64,000 nt of DNA, from assembly GCA_002773855.1 (NCBI GenBank), contig PEZY01000005.1, positions 122,532 to 186,531 on the forward strand. Direction: 5' to 3'. Position numbers and translations under genes: made by a program. Below, piece after piece: positions 40,432-51,404 of the stretch. Within the stretch, counting starts at the first letter, position 1, and every line of letters starts with the position of its first letter. The notes under the pieces were generated by a model. It worked only from the letters and a program-made list of their open reading frames with translations. It did not search any database and was not told the origin of the DNA. Source of the DNA: Candidatus Buchananbacteria bacterium CG10_big_fil_rev_8_21_14_0_10_33_19. GTDB lineage: Bacteria > Patescibacteriota > Patescibacteriia > 2-01-FULL-39-33.

Positions 40432-41421
40432 ATGACCAATCCAGATTCATCAAAAACTCTAACAATAAAGAAATTCCTGGGCAATGATCCAACTGTTTTT
40501 TTGACAGCTTTCAATGAAATATTTATCGAAGAAAATCCAGATCATATTCCAATGGATAAAAATTTTTGGAATTGGAAATATCATTCAAGTCCTGATGGGT
40601 TTTTTATTATTATAGCTAAAGATGATCAGGAAAAAATTATTGGTATGATGGGTGTAGTAATAAGACCAATAAAATATTATGACCAATATCTTTTTGCTTA
40701 TAATATCGGTGACCTATGTGTTGAGAAAGACTTTCGGCATCAGGGCTTTATCGCTCAATGTCTAAATATGATTCCCAAAAATAAAAATCTAATCTGGGGT
40801 TTTCCTGGAGAAGAATTTTGGGACACTTATCCTAAATTACTGCCCGGTGCCAATAATTTGAGCATAAAAATATTTTATAAACCAACTACTGACAAACAAA
40901 CTATCCAGAAAAATACTGAAGTAGTTGAAGTGACTTTAGCTGAAACAGAGGTTGATAATCTCTGGCACAAAAAGAAAGCAGAAATCACCACTGGGGTTGT
41001 CAGAAATTGGCAATATATCAAATGGATGGTTGTAGACTCACCACTACCTAATAAGCTATTTTTAATAAAGCGAAATAGTGAAACAATTGGTTATTTTGTC
41101 ACTAGACAAGAGGCTGATCTTTGTCTAATTGTTGATATTTTAATTTTGAATGAGTATTTAGATCAAGACACTATGCTGGCTATAGAAAACACCTGTGGTC
41201 AATTAAATAGCAAAGAAATTAGAACATTTATCACTGATATCCAATTACAAAATTGGCTAACAGCCAATGGGTTTAATTTCTTTAAACGAGAAGAAATAGT
41301 CAATAATGCCTTTTTTGCTTTATATGATTCCAATAATAAAATCAAAGATATCTCCAATGTCTATCTGACTTGGCTAGACTCGGATTGGTATTTATATGAG
41401 GAAGCAAAAGCAAAAACTTAA
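40432..41421 (+). CDS. GNAT-fold acetyltransferase-like protein
   Basis: GDLCVEKDFRHQGFIAQCL resembles the GNAT acetyl-CoA binding motif. 329 aa. Confidence 0.4.
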   Translation: MTNPDSSKTLTIKKFLGNDPTVFLTAFNEIFIEENPDHIPMDKNFWNWKYHSSPDGFFIIIAKDDQEKIIGMMGVVIRPIKYYDQYLFAYNIGDLCVEKDFRHQGFIAQCLNMIPKNKNLIWGFPGEEFWDTYPKLLPGANNLSIKIFYKPTTDKQTIQKNTEVVEVTLAETEVDNLWHKKKAEITTGVVRNWQYIKWMVVDSPLPNKLFLIKRNSETIGYFVTRQEADLCLIVDILILNEYLDQDTMLAIENTCGQLNSKEIRTFITDIQLQNWLTANGFNFFKREEIVNNAFFALYDSNNKIKDISNVYLTWLDSDWYLYEEAKAKT

Positions 41422-41485
41422 ACTATCAAACAGTATTTATAAGCCACGACTACAATCGTGGCTTTAATTATATTCAATCAATTTA

Positions 41486-43000
41486 CTAATTATCTAAATC
41501 TTTTAATAAAACATCTTTAATATATCGACGAGTAAATAAATATCTTTTTTGTTTATTGTCAAAATCAAAGCCCACAGGACCAAAATGTTTTTGATATCCA
41601 ACAATAACATCATCTAAATAAAGTTCATTTTTCTCATTTAACAATTGATGTCTCATCATATAACAACTTTTTATCCTCTCCACATTATCCTCATAAGTAT
41701 AATCAATTCTTAAATTATACATATCATGATTTAAAAAATAACCTGTCTCCCGCAGTCTATATTTAGAGATATTTATCTCCAAATCTGAACCAAAAAGTTT
41801 TTTAGCTTTTATTTTAAAAGCGACTGCCTCAAGAAAAAATCCATAGTCAAGAAACTTAGAATAATTCATCATTTTCCGAGTCATAAAAAGCGGAAAAATA
41901 TCTGGAGCATTAGCATACATCGAAGGTCTTAATTTAATATCTATTTTTTTATCAAGAGTTTTTAGTTTACTTAAATTATCAAAAATGTCACTGGCCAATC
42001 GCTTAAACAATGGAAAGTCTAAATCATCACTAATAATTAAATATAGAAAATGCGAATCTAGGTTCAATATCTGACTCAAATAAACAGACTGCAAGCCACT
42101 AACGGCTAAAGATTTAACAAACATATCTACTTCTGGAATATTTTTAACTTTTAAGTTATTATCAATGATTTTAAATTCTACATAATCTCCGCTAACTGCA
42201 CTATCAGCCTCACTTATTTTTTCGATAATTTTAATCAAATAAAAAATGGCTGTGATAGCCAAATCATCATCGGCTACGAATTTTTTTTCTGGTAAGTCAA
42301 AAAAATTATTTAAAAAATCCCTATCTATACCATTAGAAAATAAAAAATCTTTATATTCATTTTTATCTTTGGCTTCATTTTGATTTACAAAGAAAAAAAA
42401 CATTCTCATAATACTAAGTCCATATCTATACATCATTCTGACATCATATTCACCCCTGAACACTCCTAAATAAATAGCCACTAAAAACTCTTCATAACAA
42501 AAACGCAAATAATAACCGTCTAATTCTGTCTCATCATCACCAAAATCAATTCGACAATCCGTGCCATAAATCAAATTCCAATTTTTAATATGCTTACCTC
42601 TTCTTTCGATATAGCGACGCCTAGTTTTCTGAAATAATTTAAAATTATCTTCGAACATATAAGGATAATGATCAACTGCCCCACCTAGGAACGGAAAAAT
42701 AAAATTAAACCATTTTTCCCAGCGCTTAAAATAAAAATCAATAAACTCCAATTCACGTTCAATAGACATACTATTGATAATAATAAGAATATCAATATCA
42801 CTACGACCAACTATAAATTCACTGCTATTTAGATCGGTTATTAAATAAATAGCCTTAACATTTTTCTCTTTCTTAATAAGAAAAATAAAAATAAGTAGTG
42901 ATAATTTATACAAATTCAAACCTATCTGCCTTAGTGGTCCAATTCTACTATACCTATCAAAGATTAAGGCCAATTTTTTTTGTAAAAATTTTATCATCAC
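41486..43000 (-). CDS. Nucleotidyltransferase-domain protein (minimal Pol-beta-type NTase N-terminus plus a large uncharacterised C-terminal region)
   Basis: N-terminal ...NSSEFIVGRSDIDILIII resembles the G[S]...[DE]h[DE]h NTase signature. 504 aa. Very AT-rich coding sequence (~26% GC). Confidence 0.4.
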   Translation of the reverse strand: MMIKFLQKKLALIFDRYSRIGPLRQIGLNLYKLSLLIFIFLIKKEKNVKAIYLITDLNSSEFIVGRSDIDILIIINSMSIERELEFIDFYFKRWEKWFNFIFPFLGGAVDHYPYMFEDNFKLFQKTRRRYIERRGKHIKNWNLIYGTDCRIDFGDDETELDGYYLRFCYEEFLVAIYLGVFRGEYDVRMMYRYGLSIMRMFFFFVNQNEAKDKNEYKDFLFSNGIDRDFLNNFFDLPEKKFVADDDLAITAIFYLIKIIEKISEADSAVSGDYVEFKIIDNNLKVKNIPEVDMFVKSLAVSGLQSVYLSQILNLDSHFLYLIISDDLDFPLFKRLASDIFDNLSKLKTLDKKIDIKLRPSMYANAPDIFPLFMTRKMMNYSKFLDYGFFLEAVAFKIKAKKLFGSDLEINISKYRLRETGYFLNHDMYNLRIDYTYEDNVERIKSCYMMRHQLLNEKNELYLDDVIVGYQKHFGPVGFDFDNKQKRYLFTRRYIKDVLLKDLDN

Positions 43001-43948
43001 TTACTTCATATTATTTTTTTGTCCATAGACGTAATATTCTACTAGATTAATCAAGCCAAATTTACGCAAAATATTATAGACAATATTGGATAATAAATCT
43101 GGTATAAAGTATAAAACTTTTATAAAGTTTAGGCTTGCACTATCCTCTGTCAATTTATAAAAATCTTTACTATTTTTTTTAAAGTATTTATTTATTTCAA
43201 ACGCATATTCATACAACCGAGCATCAAACTGCATTTTAGATTTTATTTGTTGCTTAATTTGTAAATCATTACTATTAAAATAACTCTTTTTAGTTTTATT
43301 CCTATTTACAAAAAATTTATTAATGCCCAATTTTTTATAAATAAATAAAAAATCTTCTGACTCCTCAGCCAAACCAATAAAATAAAATTTATTCAAGATA
43401 TTTTTTATCTTTTCTAAACTAACTATATTTTCTGGATAATCATAATTAGTCCTAAAATCATCAGTCAAAAACCTAGCCACTAAAAATTGGTAAGCCAAAT
43501 CTAAGTTATCACGTGTACAAATTAATTTATCAAGATCATAATTATCATTATCTTTTAACAGTTGTGGCCTGCCTTCAATTTTAAACCACTCATTATTATG
43601 GTCTATTTTATACTTACTAAAATTATAAAACGAAGAAAACAACTGAAATGGTGAACGAAAAAATGTGATATATCGCACTGTCCTATTGGGAAATAATTCA
43701 TGAATACCATAATAAACTTCGTGACCATAAATTATTTTTAATTTATGCCTCTGATTATCTGGCATAGCTAAAATATGTTTATTAACCGCTTCTTTATTTA
43801 CCAATCCAGCATCAGCTGATCTATACAGTAGTAAAAATTCATTTTTCTTAAAATTTTTCTCTATATGATAACGTAAAGTTATGCCTCCTGTTTTAGGAAT
43901 ATGCAAAAAAACATAAATTATATTTTCATTATTTTTATCATAATCCAT
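43001..43948 (-). CDS. Sulfotransferase-family protein (Sulfotransfer_2-like, 5'-PSB motif)
   Basis: VFLHIPKTGGITLRYHI matches the FxHIPKTGGT PAPS-binding P-loop of family-2 sulfotransferases. 315 aa, very AT-rich. Confidence 0.5.
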   Translation of the reverse strand: MDYDKNNENIIYVFLHIPKTGGITLRYHIEKNFKKNEFLLLYRSADAGLVNKEAVNKHILAMPDNQRHKLKIIYGHEVYYGIHELFPNRTVRYITFFRSPFQLFSSFYNFSKYKIDHNNEWFKIEGRPQLLKDNDNYDLDKLICTRDNLDLAYQFLVARFLTDDFRTNYDYPENIVSLEKIKNILNKFYFIGLAEESEDFLFIYKKLGINKFFVNRNKTKKSYFNSNDLQIKQQIKSKMQFDARLYEYAFEINKYFKKNSKDFYKLTEDSASLNFIKVLYFIPDLLSNIVYNILRKFGLINLVEYYVYGQKNNMK

Positions 43949-44045
43949 AAATTACTTTTTAGTATGCGAAGCTAAAAAAATAAATATATTTACAATCATT
44001 AAAAGCAAACACTAAGCATTAAAAAATTAATTATATTTTTATATT

Positions 44046-46463
44046 TTAAACCACGAAACTTAATAATCGACCTGGTACAAAGATAGTTTTTTTGATAGTT
44101 TGATTAATTAAATACTTTTTAATATTTTCATCGGCTTCGGCCAAAGCTACGGCTTCAACCTCAGTGGCATCTTTAGCTAATTTTATTTTAGCTCGTACTT
44201 TACCATTAACTTGAACGGCAATCTCCACTATTTCATTTTTAAACTTAGATTCATCGGCCTTAGGCCAAGTCTCTTTTATGACACTGGTTTGATGTCCTAA
44301 TTGTTGCCATAATTCTTCGACCAAATGAGGGGCAAATGGTGAAAGTAAAATTAAGAATTTTTCCATAATTTCCTGACTAACTGATTTTTGATCAATAATT
44401 TTATTACTCAAAATCATTAAGGCGGAAACCGCTGTATTAAATCGCATCGCCTCAATATCTTCAGAAACTTTCTTAATCGTTTTATTAACTAAAACATCTA
44501 AATCAGCATCTACCTTATCTTCTATCTTTCCCAAATCAGCATTGTAAATATTCCACACCCGATCCAAAAATCTTTTCACTCCCACTACACCCTTGGTATC
44601 CCAAGGAATAGCCTGATCAAACGGCCCCATAAACATTTCATAAAGCCTTAGAGTATCAGCTCCATATTCACTAACAACATCATCGGGATTAACCACATTA
44701 CCACGGGACTTCGACATCTTCTCACCACCTTCACCCAAAATCATGCCGTGAGAAGTGCGCTTTTTATAAGGCTCGGAGGTTGGCACTACACCAATATCAA
44801 ATAAAAATTTATGCCAAAACCGAGAATACAATAAATGAAGGGTGGTGTGTTCCATCCCACCATTATACCAATCCACTGGCAACCACTGTTTTAATTTTTG
44901 ATCATCGGCCAAAGCCTCATTATTTTTTGGATCAATGTATCTTAAAAAATACCAAGAACTACCAGCCCATTGTGGCATAGTATCAGTTTCGCGTTTGGCC
45001 TGGCCGCCACAATTAGGACATTTAGTGTTGACCCAGTCAGTTAATTTGGCAAGTGGTGACTGACCATCATCACTTGTTTGAAATTCTTTGACCTCGGGCA
45101 ATTTAAGTGGTAAATCTTTTTCCGCTACTGGCACAAAACCACATTTTTCACATTCTATTATGGGAATTGGCTCACCCCAATACCTTTGACGCGAAAAGAC
45201 CCAGTCACGTAATTTATAATTAATCGCCCCTTTACCAACACCTTTTTCCTCTAACCAACTAATCATTTTAATAATCGCCTCTTGGGGTTTTAAACCATTT
45301 AAAAAATCAGAATTAATCATTTGGCCATTATTAATATCAGCATAAGCCTCTTTGGCAATATCACCACCAGTTATCACTTCAATAATTTCTAAATTAAACT
45401 TTTTAGCAAATTCATAATCGCGTTCGTCATGAGCCGGCACCGCCATAATCGCCCCGGTACCATAAGAAATTAAAACATAATCAGAAATCCAAATCGGAAT
45501 TTCTTGATTATTCACTGGATTAATCGCTTTAACACCTTTTAGCTCGACACCGGTTTTTTCTTTTTGTAATTCTGTTCTTTCTAAGTCCGATTTTTTAGCC
45601 GAATCATTAATATATTTTTCGACTTCAGAAAAATTAGAAATTTCATTTTTTAATTTTTGGATTAATTCATGTTCTGGGGCCAAGACCATATACGTAGCTC
45701 CAAATAAAGTATCGGGTCTAGTAGTATAGACTTTTATTTTTTCATTACTATCTTTAACAGCAAAATCAACTTCGGCGCCTTCACTTTTACCAATCCAATT
45801 TTTTTGTTGGGTTTTAACTCGTTCAATATAATCAAGATCGTCTAAATCTTTTTCTAATCTATCTGCGTATTTAGTAATTTTTAACATCCATTGTTTTTTG
45901 GTTTTTTTCACCACTTCCCCACCACACCGTTCACATTTACCGTTAACTACTTCTTCATTAGCTAAACCAACTTTACAATCAAGACAAAAATTAATCGCCA
46001 TTTCAGTTTTGTAAGCTAAGCCATGTTTAAAAAGTTGCAAAAAAATCCACTGAGTCCATTTATAATACTTAGGATCAGTAGTAGATATTTCTCTACTCCA
46101 ATCAAAAGAAAAACCCAAAGACTTTAATTGTCTTCTGAAATTAGCAATATTTTCTTCGGTCTTAATAGCTGGATGAATACCCGTTTTGATCGCAAAGTTT
46201 TCTGCCGGCAAACCAAAAGCATCAAAACCAATTGGATATAAAACATTATAGCCTTCCATTCTTCTTTTCCGAGCCACAATATCCAAAGCCGTATAACTCC
46301 TCGGATGGCCAACATGCAAACCTTCACCTGATGGATAAGGAAATTCTACCAAGCAATAATATTTTGGCTTTTCACTATTATTGTCAGCTTCAAATAATTT
46401 ATGTTCTGCCCAATATTTTTGCCATTTAGATTCAATTATTTTATAGTCATAAATCTTGTCCAT
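44046..46463 (-). CDS. leuS: Leucyl-tRNA synthetase
   Basis: HVGHPRSY (HIGH) and KMSKS motifs, editing domain, 805 aa. Confidence 0.9.
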   Translation of the reverse strand: MDKIYDYKIIESKWQKYWAEHKLFEADNNSEKPKYYCLVEFPYPSGEGLHVGHPRSYTALDIVARKRRMEGYNVLYPIGFDAFGLPAENFAIKTGIHPAIKTEENIANFRRQLKSLGFSFDWSREISTTDPKYYKWTQWIFLQLFKHGLAYKTEMAINFCLDCKVGLANEEVVNGKCERCGGEVVKKTKKQWMLKITKYADRLEKDLDDLDYIERVKTQQKNWIGKSEGAEVDFAVKDSNEKIKVYTTRPDTLFGATYMVLAPEHELIQKLKNEISNFSEVEKYINDSAKKSDLERTELQKEKTGVELKGVKAINPVNNQEIPIWISDYVLISYGTGAIMAVPAHDERDYEFAKKFNLEIIEVITGGDIAKEAYADINNGQMINSDFLNGLKPQEAIIKMISWLEEKGVGKGAINYKLRDWVFSRQRYWGEPIPIIECEKCGFVPVAEKDLPLKLPEVKEFQTSDDGQSPLAKLTDWVNTKCPNCGGQAKRETDTMPQWAGSSWYFLRYIDPKNNEALADDQKLKQWLPVDWYNGGMEHTTLHLLYSRFWHKFLFDIGVVPTSEPYKKRTSHGMILGEGGEKMSKSRGNVVNPDDVVSEYGADTLRLYEMFMGPFDQAIPWDTKGVVGVKRFLDRVWNIYNADLGKIEDKVDADLDVLVNKTIKKVSEDIEAMRFNTAVSALMILSNKIIDQKSVSQEIMEKFLILLSPFAPHLVEELWQQLGHQTSVIKETWPKADESKFKNEIVEIAVQVNGKVRAKIKLAKDATEVEAVALAEADENIKKYLINQTIKKTIFVPGRLLSFVV

Positions 46464-46548
46464 AATAAAGATTTTAAATTAATATAATAATCTAAAATTA
46501 CCATAAATCATCATTTTTTTCAACTTGTTATAAATATTAACACAAACA

Positions 46549-46577
46549 AAAAATACCGCTCTTTAAGCGGTATTTTT
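46549..46577. terminator. Bidirectional Rho-independent terminator between efp and leuS (AAAATACCGCTCTTTAAGCGGTATTTTT)
   Basis: 9-bp stem flanked by an A-run and a T-run. Confidence 0.55.
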
Positions 46578-46587
46578 AACAACTAAT

Positions 46588-47160
46588 TTAACTAACTCTT
46601 TCACAATATTCTTCGGTTTCCGTATTGACGCGAATAATATCGCCTTCCTTAACAAATAATGGCACCTGAATACTGACTCCAGTTTCCAGTTCAGCAGTTT
46701 TAGTAACCCGACCTTGAGCCGAATTCCCTTTTACCCCTTCTGGTGCTGACACTACTTTTAATTCTACTTTGGTTGGCAAAGATAATGACACTGGACTGCC
46801 AGCAAAATATAAGACATCTACTCTATCACCATCTTTCATATAATTAGACAGATAACCGACAATTTCTTTATCCAAACTAAACTGTTCAAAATCATCACTA
46901 GCCATAAAATAAAAATTATCGCCATCATTATAAAGATATTCCGCTTTTTTTCTCTGTAAATCAGCTTCTTCTACTTTATCACCCGGATGAAAATTAACTT
47001 CGGCTACTTTACCGTTTAACAAATTTTTCATTTTAGTTTGCATCACTGGCTTACGCTGTTGCATTCTAACAAAATTTGCCTCAACTACTGTATAAGGACT
47101 GCCTTCATAAATAATATTAGCCCCTTTTTTAATGCCATTTAAATTTGGAATAATAGCCAT
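46588..47160 (-). CDS. efp: Elongation factor P. Start placed at MAIIPNLNG; the ORF-track upstream extension is not supported.
   Basis: N-terminal KOW-like region GANIIYEGSPYTVVEANFVRMQQRKPVMQTKMKNLLNG, ~190 aa. Confidence 0.8.
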   Translation of the reverse strand: MAIIPNLNGIKKGANIIYEGSPYTVVEANFVRMQQRKPVMQTKMKNLLNGKVAEVNFHPGDKVEEADLQRKKAEYLYNDGDNFYFMASDDFEQFSLDKEIVGYLSNYMKDGDRVDVLYFAGSPVSLSLPTKVELKVVSAPEGVKGNSAQGRVTKTAELETGVSIQVPLFVKEGDIIRVNTETEEYCERVS

Positions 47161-47257
47161 AAAATATTTTAAAAAATTTAAGAGTTTAAAGGTTAAAAAT
47201 AGAAAGCCAATCATAAATTAATTTATGACTTTCTACTTTTTAACTTTCAATTTGAAT

Positions 47258-47506
47258 TTATTTGGTCACAAAAGGCAGGATAGCCATAATTCTAGCTCGT
47301 TTAATTGCTTGAGCTAGTTGTCTTTGGTGTTTGGAACAAACACCACTTCGCTTTCGTGGCACGATCTTGGAGTAAGAAGAAATAAATCTTCTTAGCAATT
47401 GTTGATTTTTATAATCAACGTGATCGACGTTATTAACACAAAAATAACAATATCGTTCTTTTTGCATTAAGTCATTTTTTTTATTATTAGTCATTTTCTT
47501 AATCAT
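47258..47506 (-). CDS. rpsR: 30S ribosomal protein S18
   Basis: CYFC... RFISSYSKIVPRKRSGVCSKHQRQLAQAIKRARIMAILPF. Confidence 0.85.
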   Translation of the reverse strand: MIKKMTNNKKNDLMQKERYCYFCVNNVDHVDYKNQQLLRRFISSYSKIVPRKRSGVCSKHQRQLAQAIKRARIMAILPFVTK

Positions 47507-47515
47507 TTAAAATCT

Positions 47516-47977
<462 letters not shown>

Positions 47978-48011
47978 TTAATTTATAAAATTCCCTCTTG
48001 ATATTTGCTAA

Positions 48012-48473
48012 TTAAATTATAGCATCATCACTTAAAATTTCATCAAGCTTATCATCTAAATTTTTCATATCAGCTTTCTTAGATTCTCTTGGTTTAGAAG
48101 CTCTTTTTTCTTCTACTTTTGGCTTAGATTCCTCAGCTGCTCTCGCTCTTTGTCTTTTTTGTCTCTCAATTTCTTCTGGCGTAATTTTTGGTTTAGTAAT
48201 AATTTGAGATCTCAAAATTTCTTTATCCAATCTAAAATCATTACTAATAGTGGCAATTAAAGTTGGGTCTTCCAACTCAAATTCAGCAACTACATAATAA
48301 CCATGATTAACTTTATCAATTGGATAAGCCAATTTCTTTTTACCTAAAAATTCAGTAAAACCTAAAACACCACCATATTTTTGTAATAGTGTATTTACCT
48401 TGTCTTTAATTGTTTTTAGTTCATCTTCAGTGTACTGATTAGAAACAATATAAAGTAATTCGTAATTTTTCAT
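48012..48473 (-). CDS. rpsF: 30S ribosomal protein S6 (with extended K/E-rich C-terminus)
   Basis: MKNYELLYIVSNQYTEDEL... Canonical rpsF-ssb-rpsR gene order. Confidence 0.8.
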   Translation of the reverse strand: MKNYELLYIVSNQYTEDELKTIKDKVNTLLQKYGGVLGFTEFLGKKKLAYPIDKVNHGYYVVAEFELEDPTLIATISNDFRLDKEILRSQIITKPKITPEEIERQKRQRARAAEESKPKVEEKRASKPRESKKADMKNLDDKLDEILSDDAII

Positions 48474-48682
48474 TGATTATGTATTTATTTGTAAAAAAAC
48501 AACCCTAAGGCACGCCTTAGAGTTTATTTGAACTGAACTCATAATTTGGCGCCCCTTCTTCTTGTTCGACTCCCAAGAAGATTATTCGCTGTAAAGCAAA
48601 TGTAAAATGGAAAAGGCTTCCTTTTGGATTGAATTTGTTGTAAGCTGATATTAACATATAAATATAAAAAAAGCAAGAGCCT

Positions 48683-49789
48683 ATGAAAGCAGAATATATA
48701 TTCATCCTTGGTAACAATACTGAGCTATCAGTCGCCGAAATCAAGGCTTTATACCCAGAAATTGAAATCACCAACAAAACCAACCTCTACTTAAGTGGCA
48801 AAATAACTGATTTTGACTGTACTAATGCCATCAAAAAATTAGGTGGCACTATTAAAATCGGCCGAGTTATTAGTCAAAATATCGATAAAGACCTAATAAT
48901 CAAGGAAATAGTCGCCAAAAAATCTGAATCCAAAATAAACTATGGTCTTAGTTTTTATGACACCAAACCTACTAAACTAGGTATGGAGATCAAAAAAGAC
49001 TTAAAAGACCAGGGTATTTCCAGCCGTTTAGTGACCAGTCAAGAAAAAGTCTTATCATCGGTAATTGTCGCCAAAAATAAAGTCTTAGAATTTTTAATTC
49101 TCCCTAATATGTTAGCCATGACCTGTGCTATTCAAGATTTTGAAGAATACGGCAAAAGGGACTATGGTCGTCCCAAAAGTGACGCTCATTCTGGTATGTT
49201 ACCACCCAAACTAGCCAAGATTATGATTAATCTATCAGGCACCACTACTTCAGATACTATTTTAGACCCTTTTTGTGGTTCTGGCACAATTTTAACCGAA
49301 GCCTTGTCACTGGGCTATAAAAATGTTATTGGCAGTGACCTGTCAGCTAAGGCTTGTGAAGACACCAAAGATAATATTGACTGGCTAAACAACGAATACA
49401 ATATTACCGATGCTAAATTTCAAATTTATAATATTAATGCCGATAGTCTAAGCAATAAAATAAAACCCGAATCAGTGAACGCCATTATTACCGAGCCATA
49501 TTTAGGTCCCACTATCCGTGATGATGAAAAAGAAAGTCATATTTTTAAAATCATGGCCGGCTTAGAAAATATTTATCTTAAAGCTTTTGAACAATTTAAA
49601 ATTATTCTTAAGACAAACAGTTTAGTAGTGATTGTTATCCCCTTTTGGCACTTAAGTGATCGTGAATTTAGATTACGGATTGAAAACAAAGTGGCCAACC
49701 TAGGTTTTAGGCGACTAGACCGTGGCACTCTTATTTATGCCAGAAGTAATCAAAAAGTTTGGCGTCAAATCCAAATTTGGCAAAAATAA
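48683..49789 (+). CDS. SAM-dependent RNA methyltransferase-like (UPF0020/THUMP-associated class; N2-guanine-MTase-like)
   Basis: SAM-binding ILDPFCGSGTILTEA and catalytic TEPYLGP (N/D-P-P-Y-like) motifs. 368 aa. Confidence 0.5.
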   Translation: MKAEYIFILGNNTELSVAEIKALYPEIEITNKTNLYLSGKITDFDCTNAIKKLGGTIKIGRVISQNIDKDLIIKEIVAKKSESKINYGLSFYDTKPTKLGMEIKKDLKDQGISSRLVTSQEKVLSSVIVAKNKVLEFLILPNMLAMTCAIQDFEEYGKRDYGRPKSDAHSGMLPPKLAKIMINLSGTTTSDTILDPFCGSGTILTEALSLGYKNVIGSDLSAKACEDTKDNIDWLNNEYNITDAKFQIYNINADSLSNKIKPESVNAIITEPYLGPTIRDDEKESHIFKIMAGLENIYLKAFEQFKIILKTNSLVVIVIPFWHLSDREFRLRIENKVANLGFRRLDRGTLIYARSNQKVWRQIQIWQK

Positions 49790-49818
49790 AAGCGGGAATA
49801 TTTCATCCCGCGAAAATT
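49790..49818. terminator. Bidirectional terminator hairpin GCGGGA-ATATTTCA-TCCCGC between convergent genes
   Basis: 6-bp GC stem flanked by A/T runs on both strands. Confidence 0.45.
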
Positions 49819-49828
49819 AAAGCTTCAA

Positions 49829-50566
49829 CTAAACTATAACTGAAGCTGTTTGATTGGACTCCTGCCAAGTCCGAAAGTAGCTGGGCTGAACCGATGGTTG
49901 CCAAAACCTCTCCATCAATTCACCAACCACCGCATACAAAAAATGCTTGGCTCGCTGAGCGGCTTCTTTGGTTTTAATTTCATCAGCCGTAATACTATAG
50001 GCGAAACAAACAGCCTGAAACTGAGCGCCAGCCCCAGAAAACACTTGAGCCTCGCCATCTTCAACAGCCCCCGAAACATCATTATTAAAACGCTGAACGC
50101 GATACATGATAGTATAACGACCTTCTGCTGACATTAAAATATCGACCATCGAATAGACACTGGCATAACCACGGCCCAATATAACAGTGGCCTGATAATA
50201 GTCCAGGCCACCTAATCTTTTGATCGAAGCCTCTTCCAGTTCTGGCAATAGTTGAGTGGGCGGTATTTTACGACGGATACAGTAAGTACCGTCTTCTTGT
50301 GGCACATTGCCAACCTTACCTTCCACAACTTTAACAACTTGTTCAAAAAATTCCATTTCAGATAACTTGGGAGCTACAATATAACATCTAATGCCATCAT
50401 CAAAAAACAAAGTATTAATATTTTCAATATTTTCCAAAACATCAAGAGCCAAATCAACGCAATCACCAGTCAAAATAATCTGATGAGTACCACTATAAAA
50501 ATAAGCAGTCACATCATCGCCATTAAAATAAAATCCATTGTCAATTTTTTCTAATTCCTTCAACAT
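49829..50566 (-). CDS. Uncharacterised protein, paralogue A (245 aa) of the GC-rich islet gene 53452..54264
   Basis: Conserved blocks shared with paralogue B: QIILTGDCVDLALDVLENIEN vs QLVLTGECVKPGLEALDAIDG; ILGRGYASVYSMVDIL vs ILGIGFSNRFSMVEIL; RYTIMYRVQRF vs RTFIYRVQKF. RBS GGAG upstream. Confidence 0.6.
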   Translation of the reverse strand: MLKELEKIDNGFYFNGDDVTAYFYSGTHQIILTGDCVDLALDVLENIENINTLFFDDGIRCYIVAPKLSEMEFFEQVVKVVEGKVGNVPQEDGTYCIRRKIPPTQLLPELEEASIKRLGGLDYYQATVILGRGYASVYSMVDILMSAEGRYTIMYRVQRFNNDVSGAVEDGEAQVFSGAGAQFQAVCFAYSITADEIKTKEAAQRAKHFLYAVVGELMERFWQPSVQPSYFRTWQESNQTASVIV

Positions 50567-50670
50567 ACTACATCTCCTGTTTTGCGATTTTTACAACCGC
50601 AGCCTCTTGCTATTAGCGCTACCACGCACTACTAGTTGTGTAAGGTACAAGCCGTTTTGTACGACTTAGT

Positions 50671-50699
50671 ATCTTAGCATAAATAACTATTTTTGTCAA
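50671..50699 (-). promoter_or_regulatory. Sigma70-like promoter for paralogue A (TTGACA-17nt-TAAGAT) followed by a ~100-nt leader
   Basis: Consensus -35 with 17-nt spacer, read on the minus strand. Leader 50567-50665 is unusually GC-rich and hairpin-rich for this genome. Confidence 0.45.
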
Positions 50700-50713
50700 T
50701 AATCAGCAAAAAT

Positions 50714-51262
50714 CTAATTTTCTTGCTTCAACAGCAAATCCATTAATTTTAGAAAAATTTTAGTATTCATCTCCACATCTGACATAGCCCGATGAGCGTC
50801 TTTATGTTCAAAACCAAAGTAACTAGCTACGTTGGTTAAAGTATTACTGGGCAAAGATAATAACTTTCTAGACAATTCTAAAGTATCAATTATCTTGTTT
50901 TCTGGTTGTTTTAAGCCCATTCTTTGACAATAATAAACAATAAAAAGCCAATCAAAACCACGAATATTATGCCCAACCACAATAGAATCACCAATAAATT
51001 CTAAAAAATTTTTAATCACCACATCAATTCCTTGGCCGTTAACTAATAGATATATTTCATTTAAACCATGAACTTTTTCGGCTTCTGGCGGAATCGGTTT
51101 AGTCGGCTGAGCCAACATTTCAAACCGATTAATCACCTCTTGACCTTTTAACTTCAGAGCGGCAATTTCCAAAACATCGTCTTTCTCAGGCTTTAAGCCA
51201 GAAGTTTCTACGTCAAAAACCGTAAACTCCGTCTCTAAAAATTTTTGGTATTTTTCATCCAT
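50714..51262 (-). CDS. DEDDh 3'-5' exonuclease (DnaQ/epsilon-like)
   Basis: Exo I FTVFDVETSGL, Exo II VVGHNIRGFDWLF, Exo III HRAMSDVEM. 182 aa. Confidence 0.75.
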   Translation of the reverse strand: MDEKYQKFLETEFTVFDVETSGLKPEKDDVLEIAALKLKGQEVINRFEMLAQPTKPIPPEAEKVHGLNEIYLLVNGQGIDVVIKNFLEFIGDSIVVGHNIRGFDWLFIVYYCQRMGLKQPENKIIDTLELSRKLLSLPSNTLTNVASYFGFEHKDAHRAMSDVEMNTKIFLKLMDLLLKQEN

Positions 51263-51404
51263 AACTTATATATTTATTTATCTATAATTTAGATAAACAT
51301 CTCCATCAATTTTAGGCTAATCTGGAATTTTAATCAACCACCATTGAAAAAATCTTAGCTTTCTGTTATAATGTCTAGGTTATATTAATCTTAATTTTTA
51401 ACAA

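Noticed and set aside
47161-47214. Upstream extension of efp (MIGFLFLTFKLLNFLKYF...)
   Set aside because: EF-P homology begins at MAIIPNLNG; the extension is hydrophobic junk.
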